A DNA stretch of 64,000 bases from Candidatus Altimarinota bacterium (GTDB taxonomy: Bacteria; Patescibacteriota; Gracilibacteria; 1-14-2-50-48-13), in the NCBI GenBank assembly GCA_046314355.1, contig JBKBWQ010000001.1:832001-896000 (forward strand). The letters are read 5' to 3'. The notes under the pieces were generated by a model. That model had not been told where the DNA came from. It made no database searches and saw only the letters and a list, made by a program, of their open reading frames with translations. Each line of letters opens with the position of its first letter. Position 1 is the stretch's first letter. Of the stretch, positions 28,517 to 38,280 are shown piece after piece. The translations under genes and the position numbers were made by a program.

Positions 28517-28951
28517 AATGATGAGAGTCTCAGGGCTCAACCCCCTGGGTCCCCCTTCTCAGGGGGATAGCTCATAGGCTCCCCCTCCCCGAGCCCTGAC
28601 ATGTACCGCAGGTACATCGCCTGGCTACGTAGTGGACTAGTAACTAGTGACGGTCACTAGTTACTAGTCACTCGAGCCCTCATCTAGACCGCACCGTCCC
28701 TGGGGGTTTGGGGGAGGAGAAGCATCTAATTACTCTTAGAAAGCACCCCCTCTGCCAGACGCTTTTCTCCTCCCCCAAGACTTTTGGTTACTTTTGGTCA
28801 CAAAAGTAACGCCCCACAGGCAGGTGAAGAAGAAACCACTTACTTCATCAAGCACCCTTCACCTCACTCAAACCTTTATCTCTTATAAGAGGATTTGTGA
28901 AAACTATAAGAACACTAGTTGAATAAACCAATACCCGACAATGGATTCCCG
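28517..28951. repeat. 435-bp structured intergenic element, copy 2
   Basis: Direct repeat of 16989-17423; palindrome at 28635-28669; runs into GGATTCCCGTCTGCACGGTAATGACG. Confidence 0.95.
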
Positions 28952-28984
28952 TCTGCACGGTAATGACGGGATTTTTGTCACAAA

Positions 28985-29019
28985 AAAAGCCCTTCCACCG
29001 GCAAGGTGGAAAGACTTTT
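28985..29019 (-). terminator. Intrinsic terminator after the lipoprotein gene
   Basis: aaaagcccttccacc-ggcaa-ggtggaaagactttt. Confidence 0.75.
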
Positions 29020-29037
29020 AAGATCTCAATACTCATA

Positions 29038-29754
29038 TTATCTTCTCCTTATAGTCTTTCTCGGAGTTGTAGTAGTTTTCTTTGGAGTAGTAGTCTTCTT
29101 AATAGTAGGGCTTGCAGCCTTCGCTTTACTCTGAGTCACAGCCTGAGATAACCCTGAGCTCTTCTGTGCAGCATCAGTCTTCACCTGAGAGAGTGAATTC
29201 TTATCAATAGGTCTAGAGTACTCACTAGCAGTTCGCGCAGGAGGCATAGCGTATGATCTTCCAAAGATAGCATTCGCGATCATTCCGCCAACGATAGCTC
29301 CACCTACTGATGTGAGAAAAGTTTGGAGAAAAGGAGAAGTACCCCCCTGCTCTACCTTTTGTACCTCCTCATCAACTTTTGCCTTCAATTCATCAGGCGT
29401 CATAGTCTGGAATTCAGGCACAAGCTTTTGACTATAGTTGTATACAGCGAGTGTAGAACCACTTGCTGTTCCACATACCTGATATGCAGACATGATCTCA
29501 TCATGATTCTTGGTAGCAGAACAATCTGTGTTTAGTTTAGCAACACTCTCAGCACATTTATACGTACCAGCTGTATCAGTACATTGCATAACACTACATG
29601 GTCCTTTCCCAGATTCACACATCTGAGCATAGAGATTTGTAAGATCAGGGGTCTCAGCAGTAGATGTGCTACTTCCGCATGACGTTAAAAGAAAAAGAGC
29701 TGTAAGACTTAAAAATATTTTTTTCATATATGAGTTTTTCATTAGCAAATACAT
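29038..29754 (-). CDS. Cys-rich lipoprotein, function unknown
   Basis: MKKIFLSLTALFLLTS-C lipobox (likely true start); six further Cys; Gly-rich hydrophobic segment; Lys/Thr-rich basic tail. Confidence 0.8.
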   Translation of the reverse strand: MYLLMKNSYMKKIFLSLTALFLLTSCGSSTSTAETPDLTNLYAQMCESGKGPCSVMQCTDTAGTYKCAESVAKLNTDCSATKNHDEIMSAYQVCGTASGSTLAVYNYSQKLVPEFQTMTPDELKAKVDEEVQKVEQGGTSPFLQTFLTSVGGAIVGGMIANAIFGRSYAMPPARTASEYSRPIDKNSLSQVKTDAAQKSSGLSQAVTQSKAKAASPTIKKTTTPKKTTTTPRKTIRRR

Positions 29755-29853
29755 TTCATACTAGTGAACGTAAAAATAAACACTTTGTTACTTAATCGTA
29801 GTTTTTTAGGTTGCACAATAAGACAGTCCTTTTAATACCCTACTTACAGTTTT

Positions 29854-30300
29854 TTAATAACATCCTTTATTACGAAAGTACTCTACCGCTGGACGAATAT
29901 TCATCGCGCAGTCTGCAGGAAGATCATCTATATCATGCCACGCATACTCACGTACATCTCGACCTGGGGTAATAGTCTCTGTTTGCCTACTAGCATAGTA
30001 ATGAAAGAGAATAATAGTGAGAGGTTTCCCGTCTTTTTCTTTCTGAATATCCATTACAAATGGTTCGCCTTCCTCAAGTATCACTTCAAGCCCCAGTTCT
30101 TCCATTACTTCCCTTTCTGCATTTGCTCTAAAGCTATCATCCTGCGCCATAGTTCCACCTGGAAACTTCCAGTAATTATCATCCCCATGCTTATCGAGAA
30201 GAACTTTGTTATCTTCAACAATTACGGGACCTGACGCCATGGTCAGAAGTCTTTCATTTCCTGAGTCATCTGAAGTTGGATAGTTTTTAATGCCAAGCAT
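29854..30300 (-). CDS. NUDIX hydrolase
   Basis: WKFPGGTMAQDDSFRANAEREVMEELGL Nudix box. Confidence 0.92.
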   Translation of the reverse strand: MLGIKNYPTSDDSGNERLLTMASGPVIVEDNKVLLDKHGDDNYWKFPGGTMAQDDSFRANAEREVMEELGLEVILEEGEPFVMDIQKEKDGKPLTIILFHYYASRQTETITPGRDVREYAWHDIDDLPADCAMNIRPAVEYFRNKGCY

Positions 30301-30411
30301 AAAATGTGGTTAAGAATATAGAAATGATAAAACATTCAAAAATAGAATACAAGAAAAAGACACCTATACTATAAGTGCCTGACAAATTTTTGTTTTTTTA
30401 TTTCGCGGTAT

Positions 30412-30537
30412 TTACTTTTTAGTTTCGGCAATACCTCTTGTCTGCAATACATTTGGAGGCCTTGCTTCTGATTTCATCAACTGAGCACCGCAGCCTGCTA
30501 AATTCATAAAAACCAGCACTATTACTATTTTTTTCAT
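30412..30537 (-). CDS. 41-aa small lipoprotein (not in ORF track)
   Basis: MKKIVIVLVFMNLAGCGAQLMKSEARPPNVLQTRGIAETKK; LAGC lipobox; SD AAAGGGG upstream. Confidence 0.7.
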   Translation of the reverse strand: MKKIVIVLVFMNLAGCGAQLMKSEARPPNVLQTRGIAETKK

Positions 30538-30651
30538 TTTGTCCCCTTTCTTAGAACAATATTTTTATTTGTGTGCGCACTATACTTTTCTCAAAATAAT
30601 AGTCAAACACTACTTCATTTTTTATACCATTGCATTTAAAATAGACAAAAT

Positions 30652-30675
30652 AAAACCCGCTTTCGCGGGATTCTT
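30652..30675 (-). terminator. Intrinsic terminator
   Basis: aaaacccgc-tttc-gcgggatt after the 131-aa ORF. Confidence 0.7.
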
Positions 30676-30685
30676 ATTCATATGC

Positions 30686-31081
30686 TTAAGCTGCCGACTG
30701 TTGCCGCACGCTTAGCATTTCTTCTTTTAGTTGGGCTGCTATTTCTTTGAGCAGCTTTCTTTTATACCTATAAACATTTCTTCGCATATTCTCGTATGCA
30801 ATTCCCAGTGATGTGGATACAATATACTCACCCTGAGGAGTGTTATTTATGAATCCTTTGGATAATACTTTATCCCAGGCATTCTCAGTATCCTGCAAAT
30901 AGATGGCAGGATCCAATATATATTTGTATCTTTCAATCTTTTGAATCTGATCAATAAAATTAATCAGATTTTGTTTATAGTCATGAATCACCTGAATTCC
31001 TTCAAGTGTAAAAAAATACAGAATCCCTACTATAGCGTCTTCACCAGATAGTAGACGTTTCTTTAATTTTTTCTGCTGCAC
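30686..31081 (-). CDS. Hypothetical protein
   Basis: 131-aa ORF with AAGGAGG SD and its own terminator; no family recognised. Confidence 0.65.
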   Translation of the reverse strand: MQQKKLKKRLLSGEDAIVGILYFFTLEGIQVIHDYKQNLINFIDQIQKIERYKYILDPAIYLQDTENAWDKVLSKGFINNTPQGEYIVSTSLGIAYENMRRNVYRYKRKLLKEIAAQLKEEMLSVRQQSAA

Positions 31082-31179
31082 TTCACATACCTCCTTTTAA
31101 AATATACACTTACGAATGCATATTTAACACCTAAACACAGATAAGTCAACTATCATTATAAAATTCTCCCTATAATTTC

Positions 31180-32514
31180 CTATTCCTTGTCATTTGCAGG
31201 ACGCAGAGATATCAGCACTACATACAGCATCACAAATATCAAAATCATATCCATCTTCCAAAAAGGTGTATCCACCACTCCGTGAAGAAGAATATAGAGC
31301 AGCGGTGTAAAGAAAAGCCAGTCCCTGGAATAGAAAAAAGAAGCAATGCTGTCCCAGAGCATAATAAGAAACAGCAGTAATCCAAAGATACCTACGGAAA
31401 GCCAGATGGAAAGATAGAGATTATGCGGATGAAGCATGACCCATTCATAAGGTGTTTTACCAAGGACACGTACTGCGTTTACTTTGTACTGTGCTTCATA
31501 CTGCCCTACTCCTATGCCCGTCAGCCAGTTATCTTTTAATAGATCAGTGGAAATGTCATACACCTCAAGTCTAGTGGAAGTCGATGACTGATCTTGAGTC
31601 TCAAAGAAAGTAGTGAATTTTTTAGAACCCGCCTCGGTGCTTAGAAGACCTGCCGCCAGCAATACAAAAATAGCAGCAGAGATGATCTTTTGTTTTACTG
31701 TAAAATTCCAAAGACCATAAAGCAGCAAGCAGATACCTACTGCTATCCAGCTACCGTAGGATTTTCCTAATAGAAAAGCTCCTGTGAGTACAGGAAGTAT
31801 CACAAGAAAGAGCTGTACTTGTTTTTCATGGAACGCATATGAACCTAATGCCTTATATGCTTCAAGGATATAGAGAGCTGTATAGATCATCGCCGGAGCC
31901 ACAAAGAATATCAGATAATTTGCGGAAACAAACACCCCTCCCAAGCGGTCATCAATAGTATCAGGATAGTGGAGAATATATCTCCAGATCAGACTAAGAG
32001 CCGCAACAAAAAATGCTCCCAGAACGTAGGAAAGCAGGAGTCTTCGTCCATCAAGCAAAGTGGTGCAATAGAATCTTGCAAGAATAATAAAAAGCCATGC
32101 AGGTATCAGCCATGTTTTTAGAATGCCTAGAGCAGTTTTTAGGCTATCAAAGGTCTCAATGGGAGATGCTGGAATACCTGTCTGAAACAAGACTTGTTTA
32201 GGGATAGTAAGGATACCTAGAGCAGCTACAAAGACAAATAACCCCCAAAGTACGGTGGGAGATTTAGGTGAGAACTCTTTTTTAATAAACGCCCAGAGTA
32301 CTTCTCTTTCGGTGAGAAGCATAGAGACAAGCCAATAAAAGAAAAGAGCATCAATAAAGATCTCAAGTACATTCCATGGTATACCGAAAAATGTAAGTTT
32401 GATTTTGTATGCAATGAAGAACATCGGCAGAGAAAAGAACGCCAGATTCTTTCTCAGAACAATAAGTATTCCGAATCCAAGAAGCAGGAGAAGTGTGAGG
32501 AAAAGTACATTCAT
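31180..32514 (-). CDS. O-antigen ligase (WaaL/Wzy_C) family protein
   Basis: RLGGVFVSANY, KSYGSW, STSTRLEVY, TGIGVGQY, HPHNLYL, HGVVD. Confidence 0.9.
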   Translation of the reverse strand: MNVLFLTLLLLLGFGILIVLRKNLAFFSLPMFFIAYKIKLTFFGIPWNVLEIFIDALFFYWLVSMLLTEREVLWAFIKKEFSPKSPTVLWGLFVFVAALGILTIPKQVLFQTGIPASPIETFDSLKTALGILKTWLIPAWLFIILARFYCTTLLDGRRLLLSYVLGAFFVAALSLIWRYILHYPDTIDDRLGGVFVSANYLIFFVAPAMIYTALYILEAYKALGSYAFHEKQVQLFLVILPVLTGAFLLGKSYGSWIAVGICLLLYGLWNFTVKQKIISAAIFVLLAAGLLSTEAGSKKFTTFFETQDQSSTSTRLEVYDISTDLLKDNWLTGIGVGQYEAQYKVNAVRVLGKTPYEWVMLHPHNLYLSIWLSVGIFGLLLFLIMLWDSIASFFYSRDWLFFTPLLYILLHGVVDTPFWKMDMILIFVMLYVVLISLRPANDKE

Positions 32515-32519
32515 AGATA

Positions 32520-33929
32520 TTATTCTTGAGTATAGTCTTTCTTTTTCTTATTACGGTAAGTAATAATCATCGGAGTACCAAGGAAATCATACTTTTCACG
32601 AATCTTGTTTTCCAGGTAGCGTTTGTATGAAAAATGAAAGAATTCCTTATCATTTACAAATATAACAAATTCAGGAGGATTGGATCCAACCTGTGTTGCA
32701 TAGTTCACCTTTGGTATATAGCTCTTCGTACCTGTGGGCTGATGTTTCTCAACTATTGCAGCAATATATCTATTCAGGACACCCGTCTCTACACGCTTCG
32801 CTCTTGATGCTAGAGACTGCTCTATCATCTCATACACCGCATGTACATTTTTCTTTTCTTTTGCAGAGACAAATATTACAGATGCCCATGGGAGGAACGG
32901 AAATTTATATCTCAAGTATGCAATATAGAGATCCATAAGATCCGTACCTCTAAATCCTACCGCTCTCAATTCCTCAGGAAGATCCACTTTTTCTTTAATA
33001 AGATCCCATTTATTGATGACGATCACAAGTCCCTTTTTTGCTTCAAGGATATATTCAGCCATATGCATATCCTGCTTCCGGATACCCTTCTCAGCATCCA
33101 TTACAAGAAGACATACATCTGACCGCTCAATGGCACGCTCAGTACGAAGTACACTGAATTTTTCAATTCCCTTTTCAATCTTTCCTCTTCTTCGAATACC
33201 CGCAGTATCCACAAGGACGTATTCCTTGCCGTCATAGGTAAGCAGCGTGTCATTTGAATCACGGGTCGTACCTGCGATATCAGAAACAATTGCTTTTTTG
33301 GAGTCAGAGATTGCATTAAAAAGTGCAGATTTTCCTACATTTGGAGTACCTATAAGCGCAATATGAGGTCTTTTATCCTCTACTATTTCTTCATCCTCTT
33401 TCTCAAATCCAATAGCCTTCAACTCTCTCTGAACTGCTGCCTCTAGCTTATCAAGATTTTTCTTATGGGAGACTGATACAGGTAAAGCCTCTCCAAGACC
33501 AAGTCCGTAGAATCCGGCAATGTATGTCTCAAGTTTTTCATTATCACATTTATTTGCTACAAATATGTAGGGCTTTCCACTTTTTCTAAGTAATGCCGCA
33601 GCTTCCTCATCGGTAGCAAGAATCTCAGCTGCCACATCTACTACGAATATAAGCAGATCTGCTTCCTCAATGGCGAAACGTACCTGTTTCTGTACTTCCT
33701 CTTCAAGGTGCTTATGTCCGTCATCCTCTGTCTCAAGTTCGATGATACCCGCAGTGTCTATGAGGTGAAAAGGCACCTGCTTCTTCTTTGAAATTACTGC
33801 ATCTACCGCATCCCGGGTAGTACCTGGCACATCAGAAATAATCGCTTTGGATTTACCCAAAAAACGATTAAAAAGTGAGGATTTTCCTACATTTGGACGG
33901 CCGATGATGGCGACGATGGGAAGATGCAT
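32520..33929 (-). CDS. der: Ribosome biogenesis GTPase Der (EngA)
   Basis: Two G-domains (GRPNVGKS/GTPNVGKS, GTTRD, DTAG, NKCD/NKWD); KH-like C-terminus with YKRYLEN. Confidence 0.98.
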   Translation of the reverse strand: MHLPIVAIIGRPNVGKSSLFNRFLGKSKAIISDVPGTTRDAVDAVISKKKQVPFHLIDTAGIIELETEDDGHKHLEEEVQKQVRFAIEEADLLIFVVDVAAEILATDEEAAALLRKSGKPYIFVANKCDNEKLETYIAGFYGLGLGEALPVSVSHKKNLDKLEAAVQRELKAIGFEKEDEEIVEDKRPHIALIGTPNVGKSALFNAISDSKKAIVSDIAGTTRDSNDTLLTYDGKEYVLVDTAGIRRRGKIEKGIEKFSVLRTERAIERSDVCLLVMDAEKGIRKQDMHMAEYILEAKKGLVIVINKWDLIKEKVDLPEELRAVGFRGTDLMDLYIAYLRYKFPFLPWASVIFVSAKEKKNVHAVYEMIEQSLASRAKRVETGVLNRYIAAIVEKHQPTGTKSYIPKVNYATQVGSNPPEFVIFVNDKEFFHFSYKRYLENKIREKYDFLGTPMIITYRNKKKKDYTQE

Positions 33930-34013
33930 ACAATATACTGTTCAAAAACTCAAAAGTTGCCACTACCTTAGCCTAGATACGTGGGTCTTGTAAAGGGTAA
34001 AGAACAATATCTG

Positions 34014-34367
34014 CTATTTTTTTCTGAAAAGTGCTTTTATTTTTTTTGTGCAATATTCTGTAAAGGTTTCTGTGAGATCAACATCTTCTCTTAATTCTTC
34101 AACTTTATGCTGCATATACTGGCAGGAAAGACAGTCTGAGAGATTCTTATGAAAATATAGGTCAAAGGGTGTCTGTGTAGGATATTTTTCTGATTTTTTA
34201 AGCTTTTTGTAATAGCTGGAAAACTCAGAAAGCACATCTTTCATTCCAGGTTCTTTAAGTATAAGCCATGAGATCATCTCATCAAAGGTAAGCATATTTC
34301 TATTCTTCATATATTCCTGAAGAAGTTCGCTTCCGTCATGGTCATAAATAGTATGTATTTTTTTCAT
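34014..34367 (-). CDS. Small hypothetical protein, candidate immunity/partner of the upstream 1029-aa protein
   Basis: 117 aa; starts 3 nt after the upstream stop; CLSC (CxxC) plus His/Cys. Confidence 0.6.
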   Translation of the reverse strand: MKKIHTIYDHDGSELLQEYMKNRNMLTFDEMISWLILKEPGMKDVLSEFSSYYKKLKKSEKYPTQTPFDLYFHKNLSDCLSCQYMQHKVEELREDVDLTETFTEYCTKKIKALFRKK

Positions 34368-34370
34368 ATT

Positions 34371-37300
34371 TTATTTGTGAAGTATCTTCTGTTCTAGAGG
34401 TGTAGTAATCTTCTTGGACGTATCAATAATATAGGAAAGAGTCTTGTTTTTAAACTGAGGAGAATTCATTAGTATATCTCTCTTGCCTACTGACTGCAAT
34501 TCAATAAAAGTGTTTTTTCCAGCACCTGAGGTTACCGAGACAGGTATGGTCTTTGCTTGAATTCTCGACAAATAGTCTACTAGTGATTTTCCAGAAATAT
34601 AGTTACTGAGTAGTTCCTGATGATGTACAGCAATTTTGCTTAGGATTTCATCCTGAATTTTTGTCACAGATCCAGTGAAGTTAGTTCGTGGTTGCAATAA
34701 TAAAGAAAATGATCCTCCATTCTGAACAAGTTTTGCATCCAGACCCGGATGCAACTTAAGTATTTCATTTACTTTTACCTTATGTGTGAGCAGTACCATA
34801 TCTCCTAGTTCTGTTCCGCTCATTCCTAGAACTTTTCCTGTCATGTTATTTATCGCACCGAGATTAAATTCCCAAGATGTCAGGGCTACAGGCACTCCTT
34901 TTTCAAAACCTAGTTCATCTAAGGTTCTCATCAATGATACATTAGGAAGTTCATCAAAATTCCTCTCCACAGCAAGAGTTTGTTTTAAAGTAGCAATTCG
35001 GGCCGTTTCTTGTTTTACTCCAGAAGTTTCCTTATAAGCTAATTTTTGTGGTTTTATAGTTCCAATCTGCTTTCCTTTCCCCTTTGTGTCACTCACCCCC
35101 TGGTCTAGAGCAGATTTCATTTCTACCACATCTGTATTTTTTCCAATTCTCGAAGATACCATATACAAATCTCCATCAGACGTCGCACTTTTTGAGAGTC
35201 TGCCGGATTCATGCATGGAGGAGAGATATTTTCCCTGGAGATATTTATATACCTCATCAGGACTTAATCTGCCCTGCACTTCTTTTGACATTTTCTGAGC
35301 ATCATTCATGTAATCATCTCTTAAAAATGAGAAATGTTTTTCCCGGTATTCCAACAGGGCTAATGATTTCTTCTCTTTATCGGAAAGTTTTGGTTTGGCC
35401 TTTAATTTTTTAATTTGAACAAGGGATTGTTCAATGATATCCGAAAAATTTGGTTTTGAAGAAGGCAGCTTTTCCATATATGTATTTATTTCCTTTACCA
35501 AAAGAGTTATTTGATCGGGTACTTTTAGTGTATCAAGTACCTTAAAGTCTTTGCCGAGTTTTTGCTCTAAATGTTTTGAAATACCTTCTTCTACACTTTT
35601 AATAGACTTTTTCATTTTTTCCGCATCCTTGATAAGTGTTCTTTTCAGAAGAGTCTCTTTCATATATACATCTTTTTCCACAATCTTTTTATACTCTTTT
35701 CTTGCCTTATTCATTGTCTTCTTATTGAAACTGAAGAATAACACTTCATCTCCATCTGATGCTTTAATCACTAGAAGGCCTTTATCCTTGTATTTATTTT
35801 GAAGCGTTTTTAAAGCAGCAATAGTCTCATCTCCAGCATCCTTACCAAATATTTTATTGATACTTCCAAGACCTCCGATATCTCCCATAGCCATATAATT
35901 GAACCCCGCATCCTTGAGCATAAGCTGCCCCTCCTTTGAATCAAAAAACTCTCTATTAAGAAGCTTATTTTTATCAAAAAAGTCATTATATTTTTCCGGA
36001 TGATTCTGTTTTAACTTAGAAAAGACTTTATTCTGCAGTGTTTCTGGGCCTATGACCTGCGGCCACTTTATTTTGCCGCTCAGTACAGGACCTATATCTA
36101 TCTTATATTTCCCGGCTACCTTCATCAATGCACCTATACCCTTGATACCATCTGCAGTTTTGACATTCAAAGCAGGGATGGCGCTTGCTATGACTATACC
36201 CATGATCTTTCCTTTTTCTTCATTTGGAAGAGTCTCCCACCAGCTTCCCTTTTCCCGGTATGCAAACTCTATCGCATGTCCAAGCTGTTTGCTCATTCCT
36301 ACCGGATCCTCTGAAAATGATCTTCCGAGAGTACCTGCCACATTTGCGAGACCTGCCACAGTATTATTCTCAGCAAGAACTTTCTGTGCCAGTCCTTTTT
36401 GATCCTTAGGAAGAGTCTTGATGTACATTGCAAGTACTGGGAGCTGTGCCAGGTCGAGTACAAATTTTGCACTTCCCGCTACCGCTTCACCCATTCCTTT
36501 TCCTACTCCTAATGACACTTCCAAGAGCCGCGGCATTGCATCGTTACCAAGACTTTTAGGAAGATCCTTATACCCCATTTTTTCAGCCCAGTCCTTTTGA
36601 TAGGCGATTCTTTTTGAAGGTGTGGAAGAGATCTCTCTATAAAAAGATAACGCCTGGTTTAACTGATTTACAGAGAGAGAAATCTTTTCTTTATTCGCTG
36701 GTGATTGCTTTAATAATGTTCTGAGGTTATCTCTGATCTGTCCAATCTTGCCTTTGATATATGCATTTGAATGCGTCTTAAGAAAAGCATCATAACGCTT
36801 ATAATAGTCACTTGTTTTTCTGATCTCCTGGTATGCCCCCTGCAGGACTGTCTTCTGCTGGAGTACGTCATTGCCGCTTTCATCTGCGGTGATTCCATTC
36901 TTTAAAAAAGTAGGCAGCTGTCTTTTGTACCAGACATTGGCAGCATTCGTATAGTTTTTTATTTCATTTCTAAAATGAGAAGCAGTAGAGACTTCAGAAG
37001 CTTTTAACTGCTGTATATCTTTTTGACTCAATGCCGGCAAATCACTTTTATAGGCAAGCTCAACTGCTTTTTGAATCTCTGGATCAGCTGCCGCCTCTTT
37101 TTTTTCAGAAATCTTAGGAGTGTGCTTATCATAAAGAACCAGGAGCTGATTTGTAATGCTCTCTCCCATCTTTCTTAAACTCTCCTTATCTGACTGCAGT
37201 GTCTTCATACGGTTGAGAGCCGTCATGACTTTCTGCATTTCCGGACTTCTCAGTATTTCTTCCTGTTTCGCCTTTGAAAGACTTGCATTTTTCAGTACAG

Positions 37301-37460
37301 AAGAGAGTGTTTTCTGCTTTGCCTGTACTTTATTTATAAATGCCGCCTCATCAAAAATCTGCTCAGCTTGAGCTCCGAGGAGCTTTTCCTGAGATTTTTC
37401 AACCTCCTGCATTTTACCCTGAATCTCTCCAAAGCTTAAGGATTGCTGTTCAGCAGACAT
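34371..37460 (-). CDS. Large toxin-like protein with two divergent GGDEF-like domains
   Basis: Helical N-terminus; Gly/Ala amphipathic region aa ~315-450; domain 1 (LLNREFF, GDIGGLGSINKIFGKDAGDETI, SDGDEV, ALDQGVSDTKGKGK); domain 2 (LPNVSL, AINNMTG..GDMVL, NGGSFSLLL, IPVSVTSG). Confidence 0.7.
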   Translation of the reverse strand: MSAEQQSLSFGEIQGKMQEVEKSQEKLLGAQAEQIFDEAAFINKVQAKQKTLSSVLKNASLSKAKQEEILRSPEMQKVMTALNRMKTLQSDKESLRKMGESITNQLLVLYDKHTPKISEKKEAAADPEIQKAVELAYKSDLPALSQKDIQQLKASEVSTASHFRNEIKNYTNAANVWYKRQLPTFLKNGITADESGNDVLQQKTVLQGAYQEIRKTSDYYKRYDAFLKTHSNAYIKGKIGQIRDNLRTLLKQSPANKEKISLSVNQLNQALSFYREISSTPSKRIAYQKDWAEKMGYKDLPKSLGNDAMPRLLEVSLGVGKGMGEAVAGSAKFVLDLAQLPVLAMYIKTLPKDQKGLAQKVLAENNTVAGLANVAGTLGRSFSEDPVGMSKQLGHAIEFAYREKGSWWETLPNEEKGKIMGIVIASAIPALNVKTADGIKGIGALMKVAGKYKIDIGPVLSGKIKWPQVIGPETLQNKVFSKLKQNHPEKYNDFFDKNKLLNREFFDSKEGQLMLKDAGFNYMAMGDIGGLGSINKIFGKDAGDETIAALKTLQNKYKDKGLLVIKASDGDEVLFFSFNKKTMNKARKEYKKIVEKDVYMKETLLKRTLIKDAEKMKKSIKSVEEGISKHLEQKLGKDFKVLDTLKVPDQITLLVKEINTYMEKLPSSKPNFSDIIEQSLVQIKKLKAKPKLSDKEKKSLALLEYREKHFSFLRDDYMNDAQKMSKEVQGRLSPDEVYKYLQGKYLSSMHESGRLSKSATSDGDLYMVSSRIGKNTDVVEMKSALDQGVSDTKGKGKQIGTIKPQKLAYKETSGVKQETARIATLKQTLAVERNFDELPNVSLMRTLDELGFEKGVPVALTSWEFNLGAINNMTGKVLGMSGTELGDMVLLTHKVKVNEILKLHPGLDAKLVQNGGSFSLLLQPRTNFTGSVTKIQDEILSKIAVHHQELLSNYISGKSLVDYLSRIQAKTIPVSVTSGAGKNTFIELQSVGKRDILMNSPQFKNKTLSYIIDTSKKITTPLEQKILHK

Positions 37461-37624
37461 GTATAAATAGAAAAAGAGTTATCTATTCATTATACAGAAT
37501 GCAGTACAGAAGTAGCAATATGGTGATATTGACTAATAAGATAAGTGTCAATAAATATCTAAAACCTAGATAGTTGCATATTTCCGTGAGTGTATGAGAT
37601 AATGATACGAAGTTTACATTTTAA

Positions 37625-37816
37625 ATGGTGTATATGGATACCCAGGATCTTGAAGCAAGACTTAAAGTAGAAGAAGCAAAGCACAGCATACTTCAGCAAA
37701 GTATCATGGAAACAAATGCAGCACAGGTTGCTATCAATAAACTTACTGAGGAGGCTGAAAATATTGATCAAGAAAATGAACAAGACCAGCTACTGCAAAC
37801 TATTGATTCTATCTAA
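37625..37816 (+). CDS. Small acidic coiled-coil hypothetical protein
   Basis: 63 aa, helical, Glu/Gln-rich; 14 nt upstream of the next ORF. Confidence 0.5.
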   Translation: MVYMDTQDLEARLKVEEAKHSILQQSIMETNAAQVAINKLTEEAENIDQENEQDQLLQTIDSI

Positions 37817-37830
37817 ATATTATTATCATT

Positions 37831-38280
37831 ATGGAACAGAACGAATTTAAACCGCAAAGTATAGATAAGATTCAGACTCCTGAGGAATTTGAAAATCGTA
37901 TCAATAAATTGATAAGTGAAAACAAGACAAATCAAGATGCACTCAATCAGAAGGCATATTCTCTTCTAGGAACATCAGAGGCGCTATTTAATAAAATTCT
38001 TGATTTAAAAAGTAAAAATCCAAATAATCCAAAAATTGATGAGTTGAAAGATAAAACATATCAGATTTTAAAAAACAGCAAAACATTTCAAAAAGCTATG
38101 GAACAGCAAGGAGTACTTGCTAATTTTAAGAAACTCTCTCTCTTAAAACAGGCTATATATACTGAAAAAGCAGGAGGAAACACTACTCAGGAAGCAGTAA
38201 AACCAGTATCCAACACCACTGAGAAAGTAGGTTGGAAAAGTAGAACCAACGATGCAATAGGCTCGGATGAGATTCGCTAA
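37831..38280 (+). CDS. Hypothetical helical protein
   Basis: 149-aa ORF, Lys/Asn/Glu-rich, low GC. Confidence 0.6.
   Translation: MEQNEFKPQSIDKIQTPEEFENRINKLISENKTNQDALNQKAYSLLGTSEALFNKILDLKSKNPNNPKIDELKDKTYQILKNSKTFQKAMEQQGVLANFKKLSLLKQAIYTEKAGGNTTQEAVKPVSNTTEKVGWKSRTNDAIGSDEIR

Noticed and set aside
16989-28951. Composite transposon or prophage bounded by the 435-bp direct repeats
   Set aside because: The enclosed DNA holds core genes (tsaD, efp, lexA, dciA); no transposase, integrase or target duplication is visible.
34371-37460. Cas10/type III CRISPR subunit or ordinary signalling diguanylate cyclase
   Set aside because: No HD domain, GGDD motif or cas neighbours; also no sensor, TM-receptor or REC/PAS input domain and no canonical GG(D/E)EF.
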